A stretch of DNA of 64,000 nt from Flaccisagitta enflata (taxonomy: Eukaryota): contig OZ231126.1 of assembly GCA_965153355.1 (NCBI GenBank), forward strand, positions 36,270,001-36,334,000, given 5' to 3'. Below are positions 1 to 15,145 of this stretch, piece by piece. Made by a program: the position numbers and the translations under genes. The notes beneath the pieces were generated by a model. It was not told the DNA's origin and searched no databases. It saw nothing but the letters and a program-made list of their open reading frames with translations. Each line of letters opens with the position of its first letter. Position 1 is the stretch's first letter.

Positions 1-1132
1 TGGTTGTACCTCGATTCTTGCCTCTAAGGGTATGGTTTTCTAATCAATATTGCTAGTGTCAGTACTTCCACCAGTACATTAGTAATCTTTGATTGTTACT
101 TTTGTGAGATATTTTGTGCATACTAAATGGTATAGGCCTGTCCGAACCTATACTAATGAGGTATGCAGTCAAGCTGATAGTTTTGTCAGGTAAGCATTTT
201 GTTTGTCAATAGTATTTACTAAAGGATAGTTGTGAGCAATCCGGAGTAAACACCATTGAAAGCTTGCAAGGCTTTCATCCTTTGTAAATAGGAGAATTCT
301 GGCCTCCTTTTGTAAGGGCAATGTTGTTTCAACTTTCATAGTTTATCATAATAGTGGGTTAAGAAGGGACGGTTGACAGAATTCAACACTATGTGATGAC
401 AGTGCAATACAATGCAGTGCAATGCATATCTCTATGTGATCCGTTCGTCTGTCTCTGGGTCCTCTGATGCAATATCGCCCCCACCCACCCACCCGCGACT
501 GGTATTGTTCGTGTATCCGGCCTTGTTCTTTCGAGTGTAACTGATCGAAAGAAAGAACAATACACCGTCCAAACGACCGATCGACCGAGTCTCTCATAGA
601 GTTGCATTATCGCAGCTAAAAACCGTTCCTCATCGGCTAATGACTAATTAAGAGGTTGAAAAACGAAGACCGTCAAAAAAGTAGAAAAAAAAAAAGAGGA
701 AAAAAACTGGGAAGAGGCGGCAAAGAAAGAATGAGAAGAAGAACAATCCATTTTCACGCGTGACAGCCGGGCCGAGTCGGAGAGTGAACATGGGGGAGGA
801 AAAAGAGAAGAATAGAGGAAATTAGATAAGTAAAGATGGAAACAGAAAAGAAAAGATGAAAATACTGAAGAAAAGATGCAAATACAGAAGAAAAGATGAA
901 AATACTAAAGAAAAGATGGAAATAGAAAAGAAAAGATAAAACAACTGAAGAGAAGAGGAGAAGAAAAAAAAAGAAGGAAAAGAAAGCCGTTGAAAAGCTT
1001 CTTTTTCTGAATGGAAAGGAGCAAATGGAAAGGAGCGTGCGTTAGTGCCAGTCAATTTTCATGACGTCATCGACGGCGCGTAAACGGGTGAAAAAAAACT
1101 GCAATCTAGGCAAATGCGTGTCAGAAGAAAAA

Positions 1133-1237
<105 letters not shown>

Positions 1238-2348
1238 GTGCATGTTGACGTGTCTCACCGTGTGTGTAACTAGCTTGCCTATTTGTCTGAAGGATAGTGA
1301 GAGATGCAGTGGAGATAACGCAAAAATGAGATGTTAAGATTTGTGTCACCAATCAGTGGGAAAGTAATGATTCTAAAATGGCTCCACAGAAAAGTTCAAC
1401 ATACTCCCGACTCTGGAGTCCCGAGTGGCAACCGGCAACATTTGACGATGGCAAGATTGCAAATGGCAAAAAATCTTGAGCGGGTTTCATGGTAAAACGT
1501 TGAAACGGCACTTGTAAGAAGGCGTTTGGTTACTTGGTCTGATCCCTGCAGCAAATCAAGCCGCAGATTTATTTGATTTATTTATGACGTATCCTGGAAA
1601 TGGTGAGAAAAAAAACGGTAGGAAAAAAGTCGATGAAACCAAATTTGTCCGCTGCCTACACGCGTTTTATTGCTTGGCTGTAATAGCTGCTCACACGCTA
1701 CATTCGCTGCTCGTTTCATGGGCGGTTAGTCAGTCAATGCGTTCATCCCGACCGTGCGTTCCTCCGCCTGTCGGTAACATTTCTAGTTTCCGAGCGCTGT
1801 TTGCGTCACTTCCCATGTTAAAAGTAAGCGACTATTAGAATTGCCCCAGTTCCTCGTTGCGGTGATCAGTTGGAATTATTAGCTCATTGCAAATGGAGCA
1901 CATTCTTGTGAAAACTGCATGGTTTCTTTTTTTTTCTGAGATTGATCACATAATTCATTTTTAGCCTCCTTTTCGTTGGTCGATTGGTCGTTAGAATTCA
2001 AATTAACTATCTTAAACTACATCACAACCATTCTAAACTTAACCATTTCTCCTGGAAACGCGGCCAAGGTGAATCTGCCTTGTCGCTTTTTTTTTCCTTG
2101 TTATTTTCAAAAGTCCTGAGTATCTTTACTAGTCTATCGACTATCTGTTCCTTGTTAAAACTCAACTTTGCACGATGCACTTCTTTCCATCTTTTAATCC
2201 ATTTTTTCTCCGCTCATCCTTTTTTTCCCCGATTCACAACCGCAAAATCCATGGGAACCAATCTAAACTCCCGAGGCGAGATTCAATTTGTAGATGGAAG
2301 GTAGACTTACGCATGCGGCATAAGTGAAATACGGTGGGTAATCAAAGT

Positions 2349-2539
<191 letters not shown>

Positions 2540-2772
2540 GCGCGCGCGCACGCACGCCCACACTCATATACAAGGCGGCAGACGTTCTCTGTTGTTACTC
2601 CCACCGCAAAGACAAGCTGAATCAAAGGAGCATAAACAGACATGTTGTTTTAGTCTTTAAACACTATTTCAAGAGAATCCGCGGGGTGAGTTTGCAAGGA
2701 GGAATATCGTAAATGGCTTCCTGTGTCCAAACGTGTTTTAACTGTCAATCGCCGGTAAATGCCAGTGATCGC

Positions 2773-2992
2773 TTTTTAGATGCGTCCACGCATCTCTATA
2801 AGAGGCTTTGTCCGTCCGTCCGTCCGTCGGTTGGTTGGTCCGTGGTGATCGAGTTGAGAATGATGGAAATGCATAGAATCTTGTAAATATCTCAGATTAT
2901 TGCATCATTTCACAAGGTTGATGCAATATTGCATCATTCTTAACACGCTAAGCCGCATGCGGACGCATCGTTGTACCCCCGCGGTACTTGTT
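2773..2992 (+). mobile_element. DINE-1/HINE-like non-autonomous Helentron (family A, GATGCGTCC subtype)
   Basis: T-run, then 5' subTIR with adjacent inverted repeat (agatgcgtccacgcatct), (GTCC)n, 3' subTIR ggacgcatc, short hairpin and CTTGTT end. Confidence 0.75.
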
Positions 2993-3060
2993 ATGACACG
3001 AAGCACTAGAGACTGTTGCACAGTCATCCCTCACCGCTTGATTAGGAATAAACAAATAAA

Positions 3061-3495
3061 AGGCGTCACCAACATATGGACCGACTGACGTCATCAACGT
3101 ATGGACCGACTGACGTCATCAACGCAGGAACCGACTGACGTCATCAACGTATGGACCGACTGAAGTCATAGACGTAGGAACCGACTGAAGTCATAAACAT
3201 AGGAACCGACTGAAGTCATCAACGTAGGAACCGACTGACGTCATCAATGTAGGAACCGACTGACGTCATCAACGTAGGAACCGACTGACGTCACCAACGT
3301 GCAGACTGACTGACATCACCAATGTGTGAACCGACTGACGTCATCAACGCAGGAACCGACTGAAGTCACAAACGTGCAGACTGACTGACATCACCAATGT
3401 GTGAACCGACTGACGTCATCAACGTAGGAACCGACTGACGTCACCAACGTGCAGACCAACTAACATTGCCAATATGTGAACCGACTGACATAACC
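3061..3495. repeat. 25 bp minisatellite, ~17 units, with a 75 bp higher-order repeat
   Basis: Unit ~ggaaccgactgacgtcatcaacgta; a three-unit block recurs at 3261, 3336 and 3411. Confidence 0.92.
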
Positions 3496-4050
3496 AGCTT
3501 ATAAGAAAAGATGTAACTGCCTAGATCCCCGTTGTTAGACTTCGCCATTTGATACCGGGTTTTTCTTTTCAAACTTCCCAGTAAACAATTAACGTAATAT
3601 CTGCCAATTTTGTGTCGTTTTCTTGAGTGGAATCAAACTTCGCGCGAAGAATTAGACCGCGGAAGCTGGTTTTAAGTTCAAAGAACTCTTGCAACGAAAT
3701 CAAATCTTTTGCGAACATGAGAAGGAATTGGAAAAGTGCATTGATAGCCATCTATTCATTTTTTGAACCGTGTTTGAGTTTAAAAAGCAGTCAATTGTTT
3801 CTTATTATAGTTATATTCATAGAGTTCTAGCAGAGGTACCAGTCGTGGATAGTCAATGAGGGTCCACAAGGCCCTCTTCAGTGTACAATACATTCATCTA
3901 GTTTGGGCCAAGTGAGTAATACTGTCTCTCCTTCTATGGCCCATTAATGATTAATACTGGATAAGTAAGTAAGCGCAGAAACATCGCTTAGATGTCTATT
4001 CTCACGTTTATTGTTCGCTGTTAAGCAGAAAATGCGTTATTGACATTTGT

Positions 4051-4193
4051 TTTTAGTCGCGTGCACGCGACTCTATAACCCACTCTGTCCGTCTGTCGGT
4101 CGGTCCGTCTGTCGGTCACGCTTAGCTTTTCTTAGCTTTTTCGCCGCTCCTGCCCACCCGCACGCGACTTCGGCTCGTGTATACGGCCTTGTT
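4051..4193 (+). mobile_element. DINE-1/HINE-like element (family A, AGTCGCGTG subtype)
   Basis: ttttagtcgcgtgcacgcgact (subTIR plus IR), GTCY microsatellite, 3' cacgcgact, hairpin, ggccttgtt end. Confidence 0.8.
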
Positions 4194-4414
4194 CTTAGGA
4201 ATTGCTGATCCAGGGGGCTCTCCGGTTACGTTGATGAGTTTATGTCGCGCCACCCAAGATCCTTTTCTTCTTTCTCCTCCTTCCCCCCCCTTCATTCTCC
4301 TCCTCTTTCTTCTTCTCCATGTTCCTCCTTTGAGACGCTGTTTTCTCGCAGTCAAAACATTTTCAAGATTTTCCGCATTCGTGTTTTAAATGAAAGAAAA
4401 TGGATTTTTTATTC

Positions 4415-4642
4415 TTTTTAGTTGCGGACACGCAACTCTATAAGAGGCTTTGTCCGTCTGTCCGTCGGTCCGTCCGTCCGTTGGTCCGTCTGTTGGTCCG
4501 GATAGTGGCCCAACAAGAGACGATATCATATCACTCAGTACGCGGTCGTCTCATGGTCACAATCGCACACCCAACCCTCCCGAATTACTGCCCCTGCCCA
4601 CCCTCAAGCAACTACTTATTGATCCGGTATCTTGCCTCGATT
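4415..4642 (+). mobile_element. DINE-1/HINE-like element (family A, AGTTGCGGAC subtype), degenerate 3' end
   Basis: 5' end tttttagttgcggacacgcaactctataagaggctttgtccgtc matches the copy at 56253. Confidence 0.7.
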
Positions 4643-4712
4643 AGAGTATCCAAGCACTGATTATCAACCAGTTGTGGTCTCAATAATTGTGTAACAGGTG
4701 AAATATTTTAGT

Positions 4713-4954
4713 TTTTAGTCGCGTGCTACGCAACTCAACGCCCCGCTTTGTCGGTCCGTCGGTCGATTGGTCGGTCAGTCGGTCGGTCTGTCTGTCGGTC
4801 CGTCACAATTTTACTTTTGTTATCCATTTTATCCCTCAAGTCATTTTAAGTCATTTTAGAGTATATTAAGTCATTTTAAGTCATTCTAAGTCATTCTAAG
4901 TCATGCTAAGTCATTCTGTAAGCCTCGTAGGTGTTGGGGCTGTTGGCCTTGTTT
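4713..4954 (+). mobile_element. DINE-1/HINE-like element with central 10 bp (TAAGTCATTY)n array
   Basis: tttttagtcgcgtgctacgcaact start, (GGTC)n, tandem array at 4838-4915, ggccttgttt end. An inverted relative lies at 52365-52574. Confidence 0.72.
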
Positions 4955-5040
4955 AAGACGTGGCCACTACTGACTGTCTCATTTTTGATACTCTTTTCTT
5001 TTCGAGATTTTTTTTCTTCGAATTTTTTTGTGCTTCTTCT

Positions 5041-5230
5041 TCTTGTGCTCCTTCTTCTTCTTCTTCTTCTTCTTCTTCTTCTTCTTCTTCTTCTTCTTCT
5101 TCTTCTTCTTCTTCTTCTTCTTCTTCTTCTTCTTCTTCTCCTTCTTTGCCTCCTTCTTCTTCTTATTTCTCTCCTTCTTCCTCTTCTTCTCCTTCGTCGT
5201 TTCTTCTTCTTCCAATCATCTTCTTCTTCC
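5041..5230. repeat. (CTT)n microsatellite
   Basis: Directly visible. Confidence 0.93.
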
Positions 5231-5598
5231 TTGTTCTTTGCTTTCTTTCAAATTTGCTCAAAGTCTTTGGCATCGAGAGGAAAACATTTTCTTGTTTGTT
5301 TCGCCCGCTTCTCGGCGCCGCCCGTCCGATCCTCATTGAAATGTTAAAGCTAACAAAAGAGCAAATCGACAAATTCAGTCAAATGTGCCAGAGCAGGACT
5401 CTAAGTATCGCTTCTTGGCAAAACCCAACCAAAATTTTCCATCGAGAAAAAGAAACATGACTTTTATTTCTTTATCTTAGTCTGCCATTCCCTCCCCTCC
5501 CCCCCCCCCCACGGTTCTCTCTCTGTCTGTCTCTGTCTCTGTCTGTCTGTCTGTCTCTCTGCCTTTTCTTTCTTTCTCTCTCTCTCTCTCTCTCACAC

Positions 5599-5688
<90 letters not shown>

Positions 5689-5969
5689 ACTTTTCCCTGA
5701 AGCGTTCTTCTTCGTTTTTGTGCACTGATATGTCGCTTGCATGACGAAATCATAAATCACGCGACTCTACTTGCAGCTGCAGAAAAAAAATTTCACGGGT
5801 GCGATACAATATTGGCATCCAGTTTTTCTTCATATCATTCATCATAACCACTAAAAGCAAAAGAAAAAGAAAAGAAAATATTTGGGGTTGGAGGCAACCC
5901 TCGCAATTAATGATGTCGAGTTTAGCTACAGCGTGTGCGACTGTGTGCGACTGTGTGAGACTGTGTTTG

Positions 5970-6150
<181 letters not shown>

Positions 6151-6667
6151 GTTCGAGTGAATGTGCGCCTGATCGCGTGTGAGCATGCGCCTGTGCTTGT
6201 TCATGAGCGGCAGTGCGACCTTGTCCCCGGTTTTTGTCAGTCCATTTTTTACCCCAAGTTTCCCGGGGGGTGATCTTCCTCTCATTTTTCTTATCAGTGG
6301 TATCTTTTTTTTACTCCATCGAAGAAGAAAAGCTTAAGGGGGACTTTTCCCCTTTTTTCCAACGTATGTTTCATGTTTGTATACACACTTGGGGGTTTTG
6401 TTTAAAAAAGAAGGAGTCGAGGAAAAAAAGTTTATCAAAGAAAGACATAGCCAGCGCCCGACGGTAAAAATCCAACACAACTCTGCCTATTGGACTTTTT
6501 TGTTGTCACTGCCTCGTATAGCCAAAGAAATTTATCTCAGCGAAAAATTACAAATTAAATGTCGGTACACAAAACGTTGTGCGCTTACTGCGGAGATGTT
6601 GAGAGATACGCCAGGCCAGGGTGTGGTCCCTGCATCTTTCTCCCTCTGTTCGTCTGTCCATTTATTG

Positions 6668-6881
<214 letters not shown>

Positions 6882-7039
6882 GTTTTCTCCTTTTACTCCC
6901 GCTTTCTCTCAATCTCTGAGAATAATGATGTTGGGTTAGTACACACAATATTTTCCTTTTCGCTGTCGCCCTTTTGTTTGTCTTTTAAGTTCGCTCGTTC
7001 CTCTTGTTCGAGTCATCCACATTCCATATCTATGAACGC

Positions 7040-7084
7040 TTATGGCGATGGACGTTCATAAGTTATGAACGTCCATCGCCATAA
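7040..7084. repeat. Perfect 22 bp inverted repeat with 1 nt loop
   Basis: ttatggcgatggacgttcataa-g-ttatgaacgtccatcgccataa. Confidence 0.9.
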
Positions 7085-7677
7085 CGCTTTTTGGTTGCTT
7101 TACATATGGGGTAAGCGAAATAGTGTTTTGTAAGCATTCCAAGAGGAATTCAGAAAAGTGGCAAACCCAAAAATACCGTCAACCAGATCTTAATGGTGGA
7201 TTATTCATATCCTGCTCCGACCGATTTGATTTGATTTTTTATGTAACCAATAAAATGAATTATTGAAAAAACAAAATTATAGGGCTCCGAACTTGTATTA
7301 CTTGCTATGGAAATTCTGTGGCCAGCGGGTCCATCGAGTTTCATTTGTATACGTATGACAAATATTTGTCCTTGCAACGTGAAAGTGGTCTTCAAAGGAA
7401 AAGTAATATCGAGATAAAAATAAATGGACGTAAAATAAACGAAACTCGTCGGGAGCTCCAAGTGCCGCCGACAGAAACGACGTCGCCGCGGTGGCGAACC
7501 CTAGTGAGCAGACCAGAGTTCTCTCCTACTCTTTTTTTTTCTCCACCGCGACGGAACAAAAGAGTAAACATTCGAGTGAAAACAAATGGCCATCACTTCC
7601 TCCTCACCCTCCTTCTCACCCTCCTCCTCTCCCACCTCCTCTGCCTCCTCATCCTCCTCTTGACAAGGAGGAAACCG

Positions 7678-8241
7678 AAACTAGTCATCCAAGGATCGCA
7701 CATGGTCAGCGGTACCCGATGCCCTGCTGGGAGTGATCCAGTGAAGAAGTGGAGTGAGAGCAGGGCAGCGGCCCCAAAGGGCCAATGTCCTGTAGAACAC
7801 AGGGGGGAATTTCCATACGTCCTGAGGGGGCATATTTCAGGCCTTAGATGACTGATTTAGGCCGCTGAAGGCATATTTGAAGGCTGGAGGGCATAATCAA
7901 GGCTTGGAGAGCCGATCTGAGGTTTGGAGGGCAAATTTAAGCCATGGAGGGCTGATTTTATGCTTGGAGGGCTAATTGAGGGTCTGGAAGGCAGATTTGA
8001 GGTCTGGAGGTCAGATTTGAGGTGGGGGGCTGATCTGAAGCCTGGAAAGCTGATTTGAGGCCTGGGGGGCTAAATTGAGGGCTGGGAGGGCAAATTTGAG
8101 GGCTGGGAGGGCAAATTTGAGGCCAATGGGGGGGACGGACGGAAGGACGGACGGACGGAAGGACGGACGGACGGACGGACGTATGGAAATTCCCCCCTGT
8201 GTTCTACAGGACATCGGCCCTTTGGGGCCGCTGCCCAAAAA
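7678..8241 (-). mobile_element. HINE-like element family B (long ~60 bp subterminal IRs, 21 bp central array)
   Basis: On the - strand: ttttgggcagcggccccaaagggccgatgtcctgtagaacacagggg..., (GTCC)n, 21 bp tandem array, inverted subTIR, then a tail ending gatgactagttt. Ends are near-identical to those at 49006-49601. Confidence 0.8.
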
Positions 8242-8479
8242 GGGGGGAAAAGGTCACAGGCATTGCCTGCCAGGAAAGTTTCGAGAAGAGTGAAAAGGTT
8301 TTGAAGGGCACACAACTTGAAAGAATGATGTGAAGAGCGCGGAAACTGCGCGCCAGGGCATTTTTTTTGAAGGGGAGGGTATTTGTATCTATCGATACTT
8401 AATTCCATTCGCTTTATAAGATGGCGAGATGGATTCGATTGATAAGGAATGAGATCTTTACAGTTTAACCTCTCAGTTC

Positions 8480-8584
<105 letters not shown>

Positions 8585-8624
8585 CCAGTTATATATATGA
8601 TCATGTAGATTCCAAATCAAGTCA

Positions 8625-8715
8625 TTATACATTATACATTATACATTATACATTATACATTATACATTATACATTATACATTATACATTATACATTATAC
8701 ATTATACATTATACA
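8625..8715. repeat. (ATTATAC)n heptamer tandem repeat, ~13 copies
   Basis: Directly visible. Confidence 0.93.
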
Positions 8716-8943
8716 ATAAAGAGGAACCTCGCAAATGAACAATTCAACATGAGACCTTTAGTGGGTGATTTTCGCGAGAAGGTTGATCGATTTGCCTTGT
8801 GCTATCAAGGGTTTGCCGTTTTCATGTAGTGTTTCATGTATCCTAACTCATAAAGACCTAAGTTTGGGAGAGGAGGTAGTTGATCGTTTGCCGTGTGATA
8901 TCCGGGGATAAGGAAGCAAATTGCCATTGTCAACTGGGTGGTA

Positions 8944-9120
8944 CAGTTGAGCCCCGCTCCAACGGACCCGCTTTTAACAGAATTCCGCGTGTAACAGATA
9001 TCAATTTTTGATCCCTTCAACCTGTTTTCTTTTATTTCCTATATAGGCTATAACAGAATTCCGCTTCTAACAGATCAAATTTGTTGGTCCCCTGAAATCT
9101 GTTAGAGCGGGGTTTAACTG
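8944..9120. mobile_element. Tc1/mariner (pogo-like) MITE
   Basis: TA|cagttgagccccgctc ... gagcggggtttaactg|TA. A degenerate relative lies at 53721-53820. Confidence 0.75.
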
Positions 9121-9780
9121 TACTTGCAAACTATGGAAGCGTCTCTGACCATGCTGGTGTGTAGGCAACCAGCGTTCCAACTGCGAGATTTCAGGCTGCT
9201 GTTTCCACCGCTTCCGCATCTCAGGAGATATCATCAGTTTGGACTTGAAGAAAATTGAGAACCAAAGTTCTTTTTTTATTTGCTAAACCCTCCGCAATCA
9301 GCGTTTGCTGTTCGGCTCATGTCGTTTACCTACATTTATTTCCTAGATTAGGCCGCGGAAAGAAACATTCACTGCCCTTGCATCCCCAATTCTCCTCCCA
9401 CCTCCCCCACCCGGGGGTATCCCCCATCCCCCTCCACACAAAAATATCATTTCTTATATGTAACTGAACTTAGACAAGCATTCTATCAAAAACAAAATCA
9501 TTATTTAGTCCATCAGAGCGAGAAATGAAATGAATGTGCACATGCAAACGACGTTCTGGGTTGCGGGTCTGTCCGCCAGGAGAGTAGAAAATAAGACCGA
9601 GCAGGTTAGATACATAAGCCGGGAGGATAGAATGACGTTTGCGTGATCAACAGACAGTTTGACCGCCAGAGAGAGTCTCATACAGACAAGCGTTGACGCA
9701 TGGATAGATTGAAGGTAAGAAAGAAAGTGAGAAAAAAGGAAAGAAGGAAAGAAAAAAGAAAAAAAGAAAAAAGAAAAAAA

Positions 9781-9936
<156 letters not shown>

Positions 9937-9963
9937 AAGAAAGAAAGAGAGAAAGAAAGAAAG

Positions 9964-10418
9964 AAATAGTCGCAAAAGCGTTAGATGGTCAGCGGTACCC
10001 GTGCCCTGCTTAAGTAAGATGTGGTTGAAGTTGAAGGGGGAGCAGGGCAGCGGCCCCAAAGGGGTCGATGACCTATGCTTTCACACATATGGGGAATTTT
10101 CTCCTCCTCCTTCTCCTTCTTCTCTGCACCCCCCTCCCTCCAGCCTCCATGCCCATATCTCAGCCTGGAGGCCCATATCCCAGCCTTGAGGCCCAAATCC
10201 CAGCCATGAGGCCCAAATCCCTAGAAAGTGGAATCTGGGCCTTGGGGTAAGGATTTGGGCCTTGAGGGTGGGATTTGGGCCTCATGGCTGGGATTTGGGC
10301 CTCAAGGCTGGGATATGGGCCTCCAGGCTGAGATATGGGCCTGGAGGCTGGGGGAAGGGGGGTACGAAGAAGAAGGAGAAGGAGAAAATTCCCCATATGT
10401 GTGAAAGCATAGGTCATC
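9964..10418 (-). mobile_element. HINE-like element family B (GACCTATGC subtype) embedded in (GAAA)n
   Basis: 3' tail atagtcgcaaaagcgttagatggtcagcggtacc is shared with 23171, 42487 and 47682. Central 20 bp array switches orientation. Flanked on both sides by (GAAA)n. Confidence 0.78.
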
Positions 10419-10483
10419 GAAAAAAGAAAGAAAGAAAGAAAGAAAGAAAAAAAGAAAGAAAGGAAGAAAGAAAGAAAGAAGGA

Positions 10484-10595
<112 letters not shown>

Positions 10596-11311
10596 AAGAA
10601 AGTAAGAAAGAGTAAGAATCGAGTGAGAAGAAAAATGAATTGAGAAAATGGGAGTAAGAATAATTTAGTTGAAGCAAATGAGAGGAAGGAAGAAATTCAA
10701 CTTGAAAATTGAACAAATTCGAACCTAACGGTTCCTCTCCTCCGAATACAGTGTTAAACGGCTCACAGAAAAGAAGGAAAAAGAGAAGAAAAGAAACTTA
10801 TTAGAAATACTGCGGTGGAAACTTTTAGAAGAAGGGGGATTAGGTGTAATAGAGACGTGAAGGGCAGATGGGCGATGTTTTACGTAGGTTCTTTTTGGGG
10901 TGGGTCGTTGGATTGATAAAGAAGCGACAATGTGGGACATGGATAAGGTTAGTAAAGTGAAAATAAGGGGTTTGAGGTTTGTGGGTGGTTGGTGTAGGGA
11001 GGTCCTGATGAGTGGTGTTTTTCAGTACGATTTGACGATGCCATTAGGTGGTTAGGGCGTCGGAGGATCTCAATCGAGGCACATCCCAATGGGTAGTGTT
11101 TTTTTATACACGGGGGGGGGGGGGTTAGGAGGGGTTGTAAGTCTATAAGGGTCAGGCTGGAGAAGATCAGAGGGGAACGATCCGAGCTGAGAAAAGGGCG
11201 GAGACAGTTATGTGCTCCTTCTATCCCGAATTCAATCGAGCTGAGATTTTCTCAAAATTTTCAATTTCTTCATCCCTCGCTCAACTTAGCTTTCTTTCCT
11301 CTCTCTCTCTC

Positions 11312-11952
11312 TTTTTTGGGCAGCGACCCCGAAGGGGACGAAGTCCTGTAGAACACAGGGGGACTTTCGTTCGTCCGTCCGTTCGTTCGTTCGTTAGTCC
11401 GTCCCCCCTCTCAGGCCCCTCAAGCCTCAAATCTGGCCTCTCAGGCCTCAAATCTGGCCTCTCAGGCCTCAAATCTGGCCTCTCAGGCCTCAAATCTGGC
11501 CTCTCAGGCCTCAAATTCAACCTCTCAGGCCTCAAATTTGGCCTCTCAAGCCTCAAATTAGGCCTCTCAGACCTCAAATCCAAATTCTCAGGCCTCACAC
11601 ATGGCCTCTCAGGCCTCAAATTAGGCCTCTCAGGCCTCAAATCAGCAATCTAAGGCTCAGTTTATTGCTCTCAGGCTTCAAATTAGTCCTCTAATTTCAA
11701 GCCTTGATCCAGCTCTCCCAAGCCTCAAGTCAGCCCGCTCAAGCTTCCAATTGGCATTCTTAGGCCTTATATCAACCTTCTTAGACCTCAGTTTAGGCTC
11801 TTGAAGACCTTCGCTCAGCCCTCTATAGCATCTCATCCCCTTTCTCAGGCAGGACGAACGAAAGTCCCCCTGTGTTCTACAGGACTTCGTCCCCTTCGGG
11901 GCCGCTGCCCTGCTTCCCCCTCCCTCCAATTCACAATCACTCAAAGCAGGGC

Positions 11953-11954
<2 letters not shown>
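11312..11954 (+). mobile_element. HINE-like element family B (21 bp array), 3' tail cut by (TC)n
   Basis: tttgggcagcgaccccgaaggggacgaagtcctgtagaacacagggggact ... inverted copy at 11851-11910; array unit ggcctctcaggcctcaaatct. Confidence 0.8.
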
Positions 11955-12042
<88 letters not shown>

Positions 12043-12740
12043 ATTTTATTTTATTTTTTTTTTTGCATCAGGACGTTTTCCTTTCTTTGAGATATCTAGT
12101 TTATCGGAACCATTTTTCGGTAGTCTTAAAGGCACTAACTTTTCTGGCTCAAAAAATTCTTTTTCCTTTTTGTGTGTGTGTCATTTATCAGTATTGCTTT
12201 CCTCTTTCTTCCTTCTCTTTCTTTAACCCAATTGTTGTTTTTTTCTTTCGTCTTTCTTCTGAGCTTGTTTACGAGGTTTTGAATGAATTGATTTCCTGGC
12301 ACGATTTTTCATGTTCAATTGATTAACTAAAGTTAGATGTTCATACATAGCATGCACATAGACGACGATCATTGCCTCGAAAAGCTTAGACCTGGGTGAG
12401 TTCATGGGAGGGCCAAAAACGGGGGAAAAAGCGTGACTTGTCAGAAGTGTCAGGCAACTGTATTCTGGTTCTGGAAAAGCGCACTAAAGATCTGTTGTGA
12501 GCTGGGTTTCGATTTTCAACGCCGATCCAAAACATTCAACCGATTACGAGTCAATTTGATGTCGTTCGTCATTAGAAAGAGCGTACGCACTCTGGTTGGA
12601 GAATAGTTTAAAGATATTCTATTTTCCAGTTCCAGGGGGGTGAAGATACCGATCGACGGACCGACATAGCTGCGTGTCCGCGACTAAAAACAACGGAAAA
12701 AGTAACTACCAAAACAAAAGAGAGAAAGAAAAAGCGAAAG

Positions 12741-13333
<593 letters not shown>

Positions 13334-13687
13334 GAGAGCCACTAAAGAGAAGATGGGAAATTGGGAAAGCGGAAATGATTGTTATCGATTTCTCCCTTTT
13401 TGCGGGAGAAAGAAGTGACGAAAATGGCATCTAATGGAAAATAAGGAAGGAAAGAGATAACCCACGCAAAAGAGGTTCGGGCTTTTTTTGTCTTCTCGTT
13501 ATTACACCTCTTTACACGGGAAACCGCCCAAGGAAATGAGGAAATCTTCTTTTATAGCCATCTGTCGGTCTGTCAGTCCGTCGGTCCTTTTCCGCCTCTT
13601 TCCTTCTCCAAACATTCTTGTTATCAGTTCGTCTGTCTGTCTCCAACGTTTCTGCTTGTCTCTGTCTGTCTCTCAGTCCTTCTGTCG

Positions 13688-14015
<328 letters not shown>

Positions 14016-14167
14016 CTCTCTCTCCTTCACATTTTTGTACTCGTCAAATCTTTGGCGCACGTCTTAGGAATTAAGGGATAACACCCTCGACAACGATATT
14101 CGCTCGTGTTCGCGTGTCCCGTTGAATGACACTCAGAAACACAATATTAGAAACAGACACAGCATAC

Positions 14168-14305
<138 letters not shown>

Positions 14306-14780
14306 TACATACAGACAGAGAAAGTTCGATAGCGGACAGATAGACGTAGACTGAAAACGACAAATATGGACAGAGACAGAGACATAGGATTAGAAGCCAT
14401 GCTACAGTGGGAAAGACCTAGTAGCAAGTAAGCGACAGCACAATCGGCTGAATTCTGAAAGAAATACGTGTCTATGTGGTGGGTCACATGTTCATCACGC
14501 ATGTACATACCGGGAAAGCAACATGGAGACAGACGGGACAGAACAGCTAATACCGAGCAGGGAGTAGGGTATGATGAATGCTCAAGCCTTTAGGGAGAGT
14601 CTTGGTTTCTATTATGAAAGGAAAGATGTATAGCAATGACAAAATAACAAGAGAAGAAACGAAACTAGGTCTGCGACGTGTCTCGAGAGGGATCGCGTGC
14701 ATAAGAAGCACATGAAGCCGTGTATGCCGTGCACAAAAAAAAGAAGGAAGAGGAAGTGGAAAATGAGAAAAACAGAGAAA

Positions 14781-14816
<36 letters not shown>

Positions 14817-14863
14817 AATAAAGAAAGAAAGAAAAATAGAAAGAAAGAAAGAAAGAAAGATTA

Positions 14864-15145
14864 CAGGTGTGTATAAAGTTGAGTTTCCCCCCTCCCTTTG
14901 TGGGGGGGAGGAATCAAAGGGTAGAATCAAAAGCTAGAAAAACGAAATTTTTTGAATATTTAACACTTTTGGTAGTTCCAAATGGTTGTTTCTGATTACT
15001 ACAACACATTTTAACACTATTTGAACCTAAAATATACTGTTTTATTGCTTTGTGGGGAAGAAAATCATATAATTAGTAACGCAATGCGGGGAAGACAGAC
15101 AGGGGGGGAATAAAAACAAAAGCCGGTCAATTATATACACCCCTG
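14864..15145. mobile_element. Possible small TIR MITE (CAGG termini)
   Basis: caggtgtgtataaagttga ... tcaattatatacacccctg imperfect TIR; no clean TSD. Confidence 0.4.

Noticed and set aside
3061-3495. CRISPR-like appearance of the 25 bp array
   Set aside because: Units are contiguous with no unique spacers, there are no cas genes, and the context is eukaryotic.
11210-11653. Heptad-repeat ORFs (SGLKSGL / RPERPDL), also at 23696-24244
   Set aside because: They are translations of the 21 bp array inside family B elements, open only because 21 is divisible by 3.
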